From contig MRSU01005229.1 in assembly GCA_008369845.1 (NCBI GenBank), forward strand, positions 1-50,651: a stretch of 50,651 nucleotides of DNA, written 5' to 3'. Positions 32,301-42,217 of the stretch are shown one piece after another; the stretch's first letter is position 1; every line of letters begins with the position of its first letter. The notes below the pieces were generated by a model that was given only the letters and a program-made list of their open reading frames with translations, was not told the DNA's origin and made no database searches. This stretch comes from Trichomonas gallinae (lineage: Eukaryota). The position numbers and the translations under genes were made by a program.

Positions 32301-32661
32301 TTCTTTATCTACAGAAAGGGCAAAATCTAAGAAAGAAATCAGGCTTCTTAAAAAATTAATCAAGAAACAAAGTGAAGCTTTAGAAGATGATTCAAAGATT
32401 AAAATACTACAAACAATCATTGAGTTGTCAACTAAAGAACTCAAAAGACTGTTCAATGCTGTATTAAAGAGCTCCTCATTGTATGATCCTGATAAACTAA
32501 TCAAAGTGAAAAGAAATCTTAAAACTGTTTTACCATTAAATGATCAGCTGAAAATTGTTGCAGACTTCTTTGAAGAATCTGCACTAACAAGCATAACAGC
32601 AAGCTCAATTAACATATCAGAAAGTAATACATTAAGTATTATAGAAAAATTATCTCAATAA
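29344..32661 (+). CDS. Long coiled-coil protein (1105 aa)
   Basis: Continuous E/K/N/Q/L heptads; internal 77-aa duplication at about 31030 and 31261. Confidence 0.9.
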   Translation: MDANSSDFSGDETKVFKQSLLDASIATLTSTNLKSLPPYRTQEEIEKIIHDIKRQEQEKRNKLKEQINFERKTLNQEMSKLIDKISTMQHLIDTVNIEKSDLIQNIIDIKKVCSEKEITINELKNKINSSDQLVKIRTEFDKENTNLRTKIVKLAQKNEKLENSMTIMQKLQTDIENENKSLQTSISNSKLELEKSNNNFSELSAKHERLQSVLKLITTESRKLEEDCAEKDKNIEYICNHIQSLEKEKEDIYERYNEIIEQSKKNNANYERIINESKIYQIEISELKEQIHQKGVEFSDNVEKYQNLSRKFDEIRIQNQTLFEESKNMKNQLDKLTNDYLSVNKQYDNLKIDNATVVEENLTLKEKIKNIELENQMMSSTQSNMKLTIEKGEKEKELLQNSILDLKNQNEKLKSGNNTLKQQILQLNHDIELMKASINEKDSELKQKNQKSSDLMIKLESSSAIEKELNNQINQLKERVSQLTSANQKYENSINSLIGENSSLNIKLSDGQNSLNDLKLQLSTLGASNEKLRKDLNDVAAENEKLENAILTKNQIQQKMEEEIKQLKITINNNNLEIDSKAKDLIDYEEKLKSLNTSISQKEEEINKLKDINSKINFELDSKNKDILAKADLQKQLEKEINQLKVTINNNNLEIESKEKERISSENKIKELNLNLNLKEEEINKLNAMNNKANDELKSKEKAINEFEEKMKTLNANLIMKEEENASNKSIIQKLQFENLNLVTQISDLKSDNCKSRDAINQIQEEKNQLNITIENLTQQIVNLKSELDKVQSQLNEEILSSDSKFETQTAKYKDQINDQEKQIKDLRNELAQFDDIQTKIKNLTDDHIKQSQKIQTLEEENSKLKVLTNSYNGEKQILLTKIAEITIDSRTLQNKFADLENKSSSKTKEITELKETIKNLTDELERVKNETELDITEEKSKLSILAEENTNLSHKLSLITGENSVFAAKLAEISEEKTLLSSKVSSLSTERAKSKKEIRLLKKLIKKQSEALEDDSKIKILQTIIELSTKELKRLFNAVLKSSSLYDPDKLIKVKRNLKTVLPLNDQLKIVADFFEESALTSITASSINISESNTLSIIEKLSQ

Positions 32662-32718
32662 TTATTTTTGTTTTGTTTATAATATAAAAAACTATTCATG
32701 CGGATTTTAAAATCAACT

Positions 32719-33489
32719 CTATTTTTTATTCGATGTTCTTCTAATCATGCTATACTTGCCTATATTCTCGTATCCTAATTTCATATAAATTTTTGCAGCA
32801 ATTGGATCTACATAATACAAACATGGTGTTTTTCCTTCGGAAAGAAGCTCATTGCTAAGCTTTGATGAGCACATTGACGCATAACCTTTTCCTCTATAAT
32901 TTGTATCAGAGCAAACCATTACAACCATTGCAATTTTCTCAGATTCAGCAGTAGACTTGGCCATGGAAACCAATTTGTCGCCATCAAAAATTCCAAACAC
33001 TCGGCATGTGTTTGTTAAAATCTCATTTTTAACTGCTTCTCTTTCTACTTTATAACCAAAGGATCTCATCATTAAGTCCATGATCTGATCTAAATGTTCA
33101 ATCGATAGTCTTTGAACAAGTGATTCATCAATTGAATGATTAAATTTAGTAAAATGAGCGAGAGTAAGATTTGTTTTCTTCTGGAAATCAGGGAAATCGT
33201 ATAATGTTACATATGATGTGTCACCAGAGTAGCTTTGAATATCATACTTATCAATAATTTCACGCATAAAGTCTTGCATAACAACATGGTCGTAACTTAC
33301 AATGCACAAATTCTCGAAATATCTCAGAAATACAACTTTAATTTCAGTTTCACTATCGATCCAAACATCTTGATAATCTTTATCGAATCCGTAGTTCAAT
33401 ATATCGCCAATAAGGAACGCATTGATCTCAGGACGCTGATATAAATAACCCATAATGTTCTCTTTATGCTTTTCTTCAGCGTGAATCAT
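32719..33489 (-). CDS. GNAT-family acetyltransferase of bacterial type
   Basis: C-terminal GNAT motifs VVMVCSDTNYRGKGYAS, GKTPCLYY..P.AAKIYMKLGY; N-terminal N.FLIGDI..YGFD.DYQDVW. GTCACTTTT initiator just upstream on the - strand. Confidence 0.9.
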   Translation of the reverse strand: MIHAEEKHKENIMGYLYQRPEINAFLIGDILNYGFDKDYQDVWIDSETEIKVVFLRYFENLCIVSYDHVVMQDFMREIIDKYDIQSYSGDTSYVTLYDFPDFQKKTNLTLAHFTKFNHSIDESLVQRLSIEHLDQIMDLMMRSFGYKVEREAVKNEILTNTCRVFGIFDGDKLVSMAKSTAESEKIAMVVMVCSDTNYRGKGYASMCSSKLSNELLSEGKTPCLYYVDPIAAKIYMKLGYENIGKYSMIRRTSNKK

Positions 33490-33500
33490 TATAAAATTTG

Positions 33501-33984
33501 AAAAGTGACAAACTAAAATCTTAATAAAAGTGACATATTTAAAAAAATATATAAAAAGTGACGAAGAATTTGTACAAAAGGTGATCTTTGATATGCGTTT
33601 CAGGCGTCCATATTTTGGAAATAATCATTATAGACACTAAGGAATCATCTAATAAGATTACAAAACGAGAACTTTTTGCGGAGTCTATGATTTTTTGCAC
33701 AAACTTGATTGACACAAATATGTAAAGGTGACAATTTTAAAATACTGGTAAAAGTGACAGATTTAAGAAATAAGGAAAACAAATATACTTGTACTAAACT
33801 TTCTAAAACAAATTGAGTCTTAATACTTCTACTCTATAATCTTTACAGGTGTATAAGTATAATAATAAGTTTACTAAGATTTTTAATAAAAGGAGCGAGC
33901 TAGAATTAACCTTTTATAAATGATATGAATTAAAAAAATTACTAAAAGTGACAAGATAAACGTGACAGATTTGTAAAAGTGACA
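33501..33984 (+). repeat. Array of AAAAGTGAC(A) motifs between the divergent GNAT and ASH-domain genes
   Basis: AAAAGTGAC at 33501, 33526, 33554, 33750, 33944, 33975; variants AAAGGTGACA 33724, AAACGTGACA 33958, AAAAGGTGAT 33576. Confidence 0.85.
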
Positions 33985-34185
33985 AATGAAAAATTCACAA
34001 ATTTGAATCAGCTCAATAAATAGTTATATTTTTATATGATTCACAGTAAAAACTAAAAATCAAACTTCCAAATTAAGGATTTCACTGAGAAATCGAAAAA
34101 TCGGAATCGATTTTTGCACATTTATTATCTATATGATATAACATATCTAAATATTTAGATTTCTTATAAAATAATAAATTTTTTT

Positions 34186-37100
34186 ATGGAACCCATCGAA
34201 TTGCGCCCTTCTGTTCTTTATTATGGCATTGTTCCTGTTGCTGACAGACCAATATCACAGGAAATTCTCATTACGAACAGGAGCACGAGTTCTATGCTTA
34301 TTAAATTCAATAAAGTATCAACTAATTTTTTGTGGTTTACTCGTTTCAATAAAATCATTAAAACACAAAGGAAAACAGGCTTTGATATCTTCTTTAACGG
34401 CCAAAAGCTCGATTTGATTACACTCCATCCACAACAATCTGTCGAAGTTTCTTGTATCATCCTCCCATCTCAAATTAAAGAAACATTACCACTTAATATT
34501 GAAATTCCAATCGATGCATTTGAGTATGATTCGGATTACTCAGATTCTTCTGGAGATGGTGAATTTATTGACGACGATGATGAGATAGAACCACTTTACA
34601 CCACAAAAACAGCATTAACTATTAACGCTATTTTGTCTTCTGCATCTTATTCGATTGAACCAAATGTTTTATTCCTTAATAACTGTAAAGCTAACCAAAC
34701 ACAAACGAGAAAAGTCACACTTAGAAACCTCTGCGATTCAACACTTCCGATAATGATTCATTCAATACCAGAAATAGAAGTTTTTACACCTTCTGCACAA
34801 AATTATATATCAATACCTCCGAAAAAATCCGTTGAAATCATTATAAATCATACTCCGACAAACTTAGGCCTATTCGAACATTGCATTCCATTCGATTGTT
34901 TGATTAAAAACGACACTCCTCAGTCTTTGAGAATATTTACATCAGTTTCTCCTGAAAAAATACCTCTCAACTTCCCAGTTATTCATCCATCTGAAGAGCT
35001 CATTGATTTCGGCCAAGTTTACGCTGGAGAAATGAATGAATCAGATATTACGATTGAAAATAAGAGCGATACAACATATAAATTACATATGTGCTCACTT
35101 GGTGAAGCATATTTAGAACAACCATCAACTGCACACAACTCATTGACAACTTCTTTCCGACAAATTATGGAAGCAAATTCGAAAACATCATTACCAACAT
35201 TATACTTTAAGACAACTTCAATGCCAAAGTCATCTGATGACATTGAAATCGGTTTAGACTCAAAATCTAATACATCGATAAAATTATATTATACACCAAC
35301 ATTTAACAAACAAGCACCAATAAACGAGTTCCATCACAGATCATTTATCATGGTTCTTAAGTTTATTGACACAGCAACAGAATCTGTGTATAATCGTTTT
35401 CTTCTTTGCTCTGCAAACGTTTGCCATTCTAATATCAGTATAAATCCAGGAAATATGGACTTCGGTGATACAGTTGTTGCAAATACATTCAAATCCGCAA
35501 CAATTAATATTTCAAACCAATCCCCAATGCCAACAACAGTCAAAGCCACATCAAGCTCACGTTCTATTGCATGCTCACCAATTCCAATCACTGTTCCTGC
35601 AAATTCCGAAATTCCATTTAATTTCAATTTTTATCCAAGAAAAGTCAATCCAGAATATACAGGACAGATCTCGTTTGTTAATGAAAAGAATCCAAACAAT
35701 GTCGTAAATTTCTCACTCTCAGCCATTGTTGTCGCAGGTCAAAAAGAATCAATTCATTCAATTTCTTATTCACTTTCAGTAGATAAGAATCCAATCAACT
35801 CAATCAGTTTCAGAAATGTTGTCACATCATTTCCAGCTATTAAAGAATTGACGATCAAGAACAAGACAAAAGAGCCATTATCTCTAACAATTAAGTCCAA
35901 TGATCCAGCAGTCATCAGTATCTACATGGAGTCAATGCCATGTGCAATAAGCATGCCCCAAATTAACAGCCAGCCGTCAGTGCCTCAGGCAACAAAGGCA
36001 AAGCTTCTGACTGCAGCAACATGTCCTAAAACTCTCAAATCTTTATATGAGTCGATGAGATATAACTCGGACTTCTTCCACGACATGTACACGTTATTCC
36101 CAGAAAACAAAAGCGCAGACATCGTTGACCACTTCACAATACAAATGGAAGCGTACAGAGCGATCATGAAAAACGCAAAAAATGTCGGTGGTCAGCCAAT
36201 CGAAATTCCACCATCATCTAAAGCACAAGTTTTCGTTGTCTGCGTTGCAGAAAAGGGCCAGAATCCACACATGTGGATGCACAGGAGATACTCATTGAGC
36301 ATCTGCATGAATGGTGTTGAATGCGAGCCACTTGTTTTGCCGATATCATTAAATGTTGCAACATCATCCATTTTCTTGTCTGCTCGTTCTCTCAATTTCG
36401 GCACATTCCAGGTTAATACTCGCGCTCAGCATGATATCCTTGCATCAAATGAGTCGTGTGTTCCTGCTCCATTCCGCATCATCTGCGAGAGCCCAGTACA
36501 CATCGACAAGCATATTATCGGAATAATCACTCCACTTTCCAATATCACTGTTCCATTTACTTTTGCTCCAGCTGTTGATGGACAGTTATTCAGAGTCATT
36601 AAGGTCGTCAACGTGTTAAATGATGAAGAAGACCTTAGTATCATAATCAAAGCAAATGTCGAGAGAGTCACGAATTTCATCATCCATCCAAGCGACATAG
36701 ATTTCGGAAAAGTTACTGCTGGTATCTGTAGCGTGTCAATTCCGATATTCATTACGAACACAAGCCAGCGTAACAACGAGTTCACATTCTCTCACGCAAC
36801 TAAAGAATTCCAGTTCTGCAGGCCTCTTGTTATGTTCAAGATCAAGGAGCTTTCAGAGCGCGCAACAACAGACGCGATGAATCTTCAAGTCGAAAAATTG
36901 AAGCGTAAACAGAAGATTTTGATCAGAAAGAAGAAGATGGACAGAGTTGATGCAATTCAGAGAATGATTGATGACTTGATGGCAAGTCTTAAGATCAGAG
37001 AAAGCCAGACAAAGCTCAAGCAGCTTGGTGCGAAATTCCTCGACAGACTTGTCATCAATGCCGAGCCCCTTCAAGTTTATTGCATCGAGCTCCAGCTCAT

Positions 37101-39456
37101 TCCATCACTCGGCGTCGGCAGAAGACTTCCTTTCGAGATGGATCTCAACGGAACAGTTATCGTCTACGAAAAGGCAAAGACTGAGACAGAATTCATGATC
37201 AAATACAAGGCGCACATTGTCCCGCAGCCACAGAGAATTTTGGATGCCGTCTTAGTCCATTCAGTCAACGTTGAACCAATGAGCTTCGACTTAGGACAAG
37301 TTTATGTTCATGAAGCAATTAAGAAGAAGATTGTTATCACAAACGTCTCAAACACACAGCAAAACATCTGGTTCAGTGCAACCAGTACATCAGATGCAAT
37401 AATCACTACAAAACTTGCTGAGTACTTCTTGAAGTACAACGAATCTGTTGAAATTCCATTCGAAATCTTCTTCATACAGCCGGGAAGAATCGTCAAGGAG
37501 ATCAATATCACGACACAGACATCATCACAAAAGATCCCACTCACAGCACAATGCAACTACCACGACGTTTTGTCTTTCGAAGGCTTAGTCAATGACACAA
37601 TTGATTATGGAAGCATTCCTTTGACAACATTGAGGATTCTCGAAGAAAGAAAAGTTTTCCAAATCACAAACATTACTCCACGCGATGTATACATATTCAT
37701 CAAGAATACAGCACCACAGGATTTGCTCATCTACGAAAAGGATCCTAAGGCACCATTAATCAGAGCTTTCTGCCTTCCAGCGAAGACACATGTTATCGTT
37801 AATCTCGTCCTCAAGCCAGATGTTGATAGAGAGAGCTACCACAGCTACAAGTCGACTGTCATCAATCACAACATCAACATTACTGTCTTCGAGTCTGACG
37901 AAGAAGCATCAGCATTTGCAGCAAGCGACAACGAACTTCCTGACTGCATCTTCCAGAAGACGATCAGTGTCAAAGCAATCATAGGACGCATCGGATTGTT
38001 GACTAGCGACACAAACTCACTTTTCAGAGTCGTCAACAGCAGGAACGAGAGCATCGATCTCAAGATGACAATCAAGAACAGAAGTACACACATCCCAGTG
38101 ACAGTTGTTGCTTCAGCTGTCCAAGGTTTATCTCTTTCTGACTACATCTTCAATCTCGAAGGAAGGAAAGTCGGCCAGCATTCATTAGAATTCAGTCTCA
38201 CTTATTCTCCATCGCAGATCGGCATGAACGAGGCGCAGATAAGATTCACAACAAATGGAAACCAACCATATTCAAAGGCTGTGACAATCTCAGCATTAGT
38301 TGACCCACACGCGATCTCAACAAACTTGCCAAAGCACGAAAGTGGCGCTGATTTACTGAATGTCGGCGGAATTTACGTGCAAAATGGAAAGCCAATATTC
38401 CAGGAGTTCACTATTGAAATCACGAATACAGGAAACAGCGCAATCAGGTTCGAATTTGCTGAAATACAGAAGAGGATGTTCTTGAGACTCAAAGAAACAA
38501 CTAAAGTTACTTTCCAGTTCCCATTCACTGCTGAATATTACAACCCTCAGGAACCAGAGTTCCTCTACAGGCTCATCTGCTATAACAGTGTCACAAGGAG
38601 TGTCATCAAAGTTATTTATATCACAGGCTATTTCGCTGTTTCAACAGGATCAATCGACCGCGACAGCATCGTCTTCGAGAGATTCGGCCAAGTCAACCAT
38701 TGGGAACACAAGAGAGAAATGTGCACAATCATCAACCAGTCTAAGATTCCGTTAGTTTTGAGATTGGCGTCAACACCACAATACGTTGATGTTCCGCAGG
38801 AAATCGGACCAATCCCAGCAAATGGAACCCTTGAAGTCGCTTTGCCGCCAAAGATCGCAGAGCTCAAGAACGTCGAAGGCGAAGTCAAAGAGCAGATAAG
38901 ATATATCAACAGCAACAATATCAACAATATATTGCTGTTGAATATTTCATTCAACATCAGTGCTTCGTTCATCAGATTTGAAAATATTGACTCATTCAAG
39001 TGGCTTTCATTCTCCGCGCTTCCTTCTAAAGCAATCAGAGACTTCAAGGAAATCGAAGGAGAAATGGTCGCTACTTCATGGTTTGCTGTTGTCTCAACAA
39101 TGGATGTAGAGACAACAATTTCTGTTTTGATTGAAAGAGTCGCAAACGATGATGTCTCCATTGAGTTATTTGGCCGTGCAAGTGGACAACTTCTTACTCA
39201 GATAGTTCTCCAGCCAAATGAGAGATTCGAAGTCAGAGTCAAGGCAACACTCAAGCCAGGAAAGAAGCTCGACGAGAGAGAGCCTTACTTAGCTGATGTC
39301 GTTTTCCAGCACGAAGGATCAGACGCTTTATCAATGCCAATCGTTTACTCTCCAAGCGAGCCACCAGCTGAAAATCCAGCACCACAAACAGAACAACCAG
39401 CACAACAACCTCAGCCTCAACAACCACCTGTTGAGCAGAAACAAGAATTTTTGTAA
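34186..39456 (+). CDS. Large protein with many tandem ASH/MSP (PapD-like Ig-fold) domains
   Basis: Repeated P..(I/L)(D/N)FG.V......I.I.N.S motifs (LIDFGQV, MDFGDTV, LNFGTFQV, IDFGKV, FDLGQVYV, IDYGSI) typical of ASPM-SPD2-Hydin domains; P/Q-rich tail. Confidence 0.75.
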   Translation: MEPIELRPSVLYYGIVPVADRPISQEILITNRSTSSMLIKFNKVSTNFLWFTRFNKIIKTQRKTGFDIFFNGQKLDLITLHPQQSVEVSCIILPSQIKETLPLNIEIPIDAFEYDSDYSDSSGDGEFIDDDDEIEPLYTTKTALTINAILSSASYSIEPNVLFLNNCKANQTQTRKVTLRNLCDSTLPIMIHSIPEIEVFTPSAQNYISIPPKKSVEIIINHTPTNLGLFEHCIPFDCLIKNDTPQSLRIFTSVSPEKIPLNFPVIHPSEELIDFGQVYAGEMNESDITIENKSDTTYKLHMCSLGEAYLEQPSTAHNSLTTSFRQIMEANSKTSLPTLYFKTTSMPKSSDDIEIGLDSKSNTSIKLYYTPTFNKQAPINEFHHRSFIMVLKFIDTATESVYNRFLLCSANVCHSNISINPGNMDFGDTVVANTFKSATINISNQSPMPTTVKATSSSRSIACSPIPITVPANSEIPFNFNFYPRKVNPEYTGQISFVNEKNPNNVVNFSLSAIVVAGQKESIHSISYSLSVDKNPINSISFRNVVTSFPAIKELTIKNKTKEPLSLTIKSNDPAVISIYMESMPCAISMPQINSQPSVPQATKAKLLTAATCPKTLKSLYESMRYNSDFFHDMYTLFPENKSADIVDHFTIQMEAYRAIMKNAKNVGGQPIEIPPSSKAQVFVVCVAEKGQNPHMWMHRRYSLSICMNGVECEPLVLPISLNVATSSIFLSARSLNFGTFQVNTRAQHDILASNESCVPAPFRIICESPVHIDKHIIGIITPLSNITVPFTFAPAVDGQLFRVIKVVNVLNDEEDLSIIIKANVERVTNFIIHPSDIDFGKVTAGICSVSIPIFITNTSQRNNEFTFSHATKEFQFCRPLVMFKIKELSERATTDAMNLQVEKLKRKQKILIRKKKMDRVDAIQRMIDDLMASLKIRESQTKLKQLGAKFLDRLVINAEPLQVYCIELQLIPSLGVGRRLPFEMDLNGTVIVYEKAKTETEFMIKYKAHIVPQPQRILDAVLVHSVNVEPMSFDLGQVYVHEAIKKKIVITNVSNTQQNIWFSATSTSDAIITTKLAEYFLKYNESVEIPFEIFFIQPGRIVKEINITTQTSSQKIPLTAQCNYHDVLSFEGLVNDTIDYGSIPLTTLRILEERKVFQITNITPRDVYIFIKNTAPQDLLIYEKDPKAPLIRAFCLPAKTHVIVNLVLKPDVDRESYHSYKSTVINHNINITVFESDEEASAFAASDNELPDCIFQKTISVKAIIGRIGLLTSDTNSLFRVVNSRNESIDLKMTIKNRSTHIPVTVVASAVQGLSLSDYIFNLEGRKVGQHSLEFSLTYSPSQIGMNEAQIRFTTNGNQPYSKAVTISALVDPHAISTNLPKHESGADLLNVGGIYVQNGKPIFQEFTIEITNTGNSAIRFEFAEIQKRMFLRLKETTKVTFQFPFTAEYYNPQEPEFLYRLICYNSVTRSVIKVIYITGYFAVSTGSIDRDSIVFERFGQVNHWEHKREMCTIINQSKIPLVLRLASTPQYVDVPQEIGPIPANGTLEVALPPKIAELKNVEGEVKEQIRYINSNNINNILLLNISFNISASFIRFENIDSFKWLSFSALPSKAIRDFKEIEGEMVATSWFAVVSTMDVETTISVLIERVANDDVSIELFGRASGQLLTQIVLQPNERFEVRVKATLKPGKKLDEREPYLADVVFQHEGSDALSMPIVYSPSEPPAENPAPQTEQPAQQPQPQQPPVEQKQEFL

Positions 39457-39862
39457 ATTATTTATATTTGTAGTATTATATTTATAAAATATCGATTGTT
39501 TATTTCTATTATGTCTAAATCATGGTATTAATATTGATAATTATTCCAATGACAAGTAAATATTAATATTAATAACATCCCTTAAATGAAAACTTCATAA
39601 TTGTCATATATTTGAAGCATGCATGAATGCTGTCTTATGTGATTAATTCAATTAGTATAATTTTGCACAAAAAATGAACAAGAAATATAAGATGTGGAAG
39701 TTTTTTTTTTAACTTATATTAATGATAGCAACTTTTCTCAGCTCGATTAAGACTGATTAATGACATCATCAACAATGTAATCGCACATTACAATGTAGGT
39801 TTAAGCTAAAACATATAAAGAATCTAATTTAATTAACAATAAAATAAATAAAAATGATTGAC

Positions 39863-42217
39863 TCACTGGAATTTGAGGTGCTCAACTTTGTCGCAGAAGT
39901 CCACCCAGTCGACATCGCCTCTCATGTTCGCTCTGAAGTACTTCAGGACTGTCTGGAAGTCTGGTTCTCTCAATGTTATTCCGAACTCAGCGAATCTCAT
40001 CCTGAAGTCGTTCGCTGAAATTGTCGGTTCTTTAACATCCTTGAACAAATCTCCAGGTCTTCTCCTCCTGCTGTAGATCTTGTCCTTAACAATAGACAAA
40101 GCGTCCGCACATCTATGATCCATGGAAGGCTTCTCGACTTTAAATGTCGCCAACTCGTCACTCTTGATGTCCTGGGCCATGCAAGAGTTGCACATCCTGG
40201 AATATTCGAATATGTCTTTGTTGCCGGCTGCAGCAAATGACTCAATAATCGATCTAACTTGATCACGAGTCAAAGGAGGCCTCTGAGCAATAATCAATTG
40301 TTCAGCGCGTGATGATGAAATTGATCCTGTCTTTCTGTAGTCGTAAGGAACGAAAATCTCTTTTGGCTCACATCCACGCTTTGACAAAAAGACCCTAAAG
40401 GCCTTCATCGCAGCAACAGCTTCTTCTGTTGGCTCAGCTATTTCGGAGAAAACTGTTGTTGAAATCGAAGGTTTCGTCGATAAAAGTTCGCTGCCGAATT
40501 TTTCGACATCTGCTGCAAAATCCGCGTAATTTACTTCTGTTGGGATTCTTCCCTGGTACCTGTGCACGAACATGTCGATGTCTTCGTTGGAAACATTGCC
40601 GATTTTGATCAAAACGTTCCTGAATTTCGATTCTTTTATTGTGCCGAGATTATTTCCTTCGTAAGCTCTGCATTCGCTTCTTAAATCGACACTCTGACGC
40701 TCTGTGACTGCTGCTACACGCGCGAGGGCTTCTTTTTCGTCATCATTTGGCTCTGAGCGCTCAATTCTTTTCATCGGCGCGTCTTCTTTCTTTTCTTCGA
40801 CAACTTCTGCCTTTGGTGGCTCTGGTGGGTTTACTTCTGCACAGAGGATATTTATTGGTATAGTTCCACCTGGGTTTGTCGCGTATTTGATTCTTAACAA
40901 CGATTGTTCCTTTACGTTGACATCAAACTGAATTGTTCTAAGCAAAGCAAGAAACTGGTTGAATGTGAGGCTTCCTGTGCAAGATTTGTCTAATTTGTTG
41001 CATATTGGGGTGATATTTAATTGTTTTTTGAGTAAATGATCTTTAAGCATACTAACAAGAATCTCTGTGCGTTCATTGATGTTGTTTGGATTCTGTGACT
41101 CAATATCTTCTGCCAATTTCTCGTAATTTATTCTATTTTTGTTATCAACGTATTTTGAAACTATTGCTTCTTTTTCTAGGTCATTGAGATGATATCCTTC
41201 AGCTTTGAATATCTGAAGGAATGTTTGGCGCTCGATTTTTCCTGTTTCATTTGGATCGAAGTTTTGGCAGTGCCCGATGAGTTGTGCGTGACGGTCATTG
41301 ATAATGTAAACTAATTTCTTGAAAGCCACTTCAGGATCTACTGGTTTTGGTAATAAACTGAGTGTATACTCTCTTGTTTCATTTTCGAGTTTCTTTTCAG
41401 CGATTTCCTGCTGCTGGCTGACTATTTCGCAGAATTCAGTGTAGTCAACCAAGCCTTGCTCATTTGTAAAAGCATCTGAAATTTCTCTAAGCTCATCTGG
41501 TGCAATATTTGGCGCAAGCTGTGCGATTCCACGCATAAAAGCGCCTTTTGTAATCAAATTCGTCTTTTCTGGGTCGTATTGCTTAAACGTTTGAGCTGGA
41601 TCTAATCCATATTGTTTAATTTTAACAGAAATCGACGGAATTTTATTCAGTGTCTTATCTGGAAGTTGAATTGTTTCTATTGAGACGGTTTTTGGCTGCG
41701 GCTGTGGCTTATTTTTCAATAATTCTTTAAACTCTTTTTCTATTTCGTAATAGTAAACAATATTATCAGGAGGTGTCGCATATCTGTTGGCAATTTCCTG
41801 CGCGAGTGGTGTATTGATTGCAATCACGAATGTTGCTGCAGAAACTGTACCGCGATGGAAACGGTCGTAAGGGAGCAAACAATCGCAGATTGATGTTCCT
41901 CTCTCTATAAGATCGCATCCGAATTTGTATAAAACATCGTCTTGCTTTCGTGTTAATGTTAATGTTGTGTTTTGCTGGTTAAACTCAGCTAAAAACTTTC
42001 TGTATTCAACCAATCCATCGTCGTTCTTGAATGGAGCTATTTCCCTGCGAAAAACTTTCTCATCGATCCATATTTCAAGATTTGCAAAAACTTTTCGAAA
42101 CTGATGTAGCGACAACAGGCCTGTTTCTTTCTTATCGTACTCGAGGAACAACTCGTCGGCTGTTAATCCAAGTGTTTTGATGGCCTTCCGCAGCTCGTTG
42201 ACGAGAAACGAAGACAT
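39863..42217 (-). CDS. Multi-EF-hand protein (EFCAB6-like architecture)
   Basis: About 7 degenerate EF-hand pairs: YDKKETGLLSLHQF/GLVEYRKF, YDRFHRGTVS, YDPEKTNLIT/GLVDYTEF, FDPNETGKIE/RINYEKL, LDKSCTGSLTFNQF, YDYRKTGSIS, GDVDWVDF. ATG at 42217. Confidence 0.88.
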   Translation of the reverse strand: MSSFLVNELRKAIKTLGLTADELFLEYDKKETGLLSLHQFRKVFANLEIWIDEKVFRREIAPFKNDDGLVEYRKFLAEFNQQNTTLTLTRKQDDVLYKFGCDLIERGTSICDCLLPYDRFHRGTVSAATFVIAINTPLAQEIANRYATPPDNIVYYYEIEKEFKELLKNKPQPQPKTVSIETIQLPDKTLNKIPSISVKIKQYGLDPAQTFKQYDPEKTNLITKGAFMRGIAQLAPNIAPDELREISDAFTNEQGLVDYTEFCEIVSQQQEIAEKKLENETREYTLSLLPKPVDPEVAFKKLVYIINDRHAQLIGHCQNFDPNETGKIERQTFLQIFKAEGYHLNDLEKEAIVSKYVDNKNRINYEKLAEDIESQNPNNINERTEILVSMLKDHLLKKQLNITPICNKLDKSCTGSLTFNQFLALLRTIQFDVNVKEQSLLRIKYATNPGGTIPINILCAEVNPPEPPKAEVVEEKKEDAPMKRIERSEPNDDEKEALARVAAVTERQSVDLRSECRAYEGNNLGTIKESKFRNVLIKIGNVSNEDIDMFVHRYQGRIPTEVNYADFAADVEKFGSELLSTKPSISTTVFSEIAEPTEEAVAAMKAFRVFLSKRGCEPKEIFVPYDYRKTGSISSSRAEQLIIAQRPPLTRDQVRSIIESFAAAGNKDIFEYSRMCNSCMAQDIKSDELATFKVEKPSMDHRCADALSIVKDKIYSRRRRPGDLFKDVKEPTISANDFRMRFAEFGITLREPDFQTVLKYFRANMRGDVDWVDFCDKVEHLKFQ

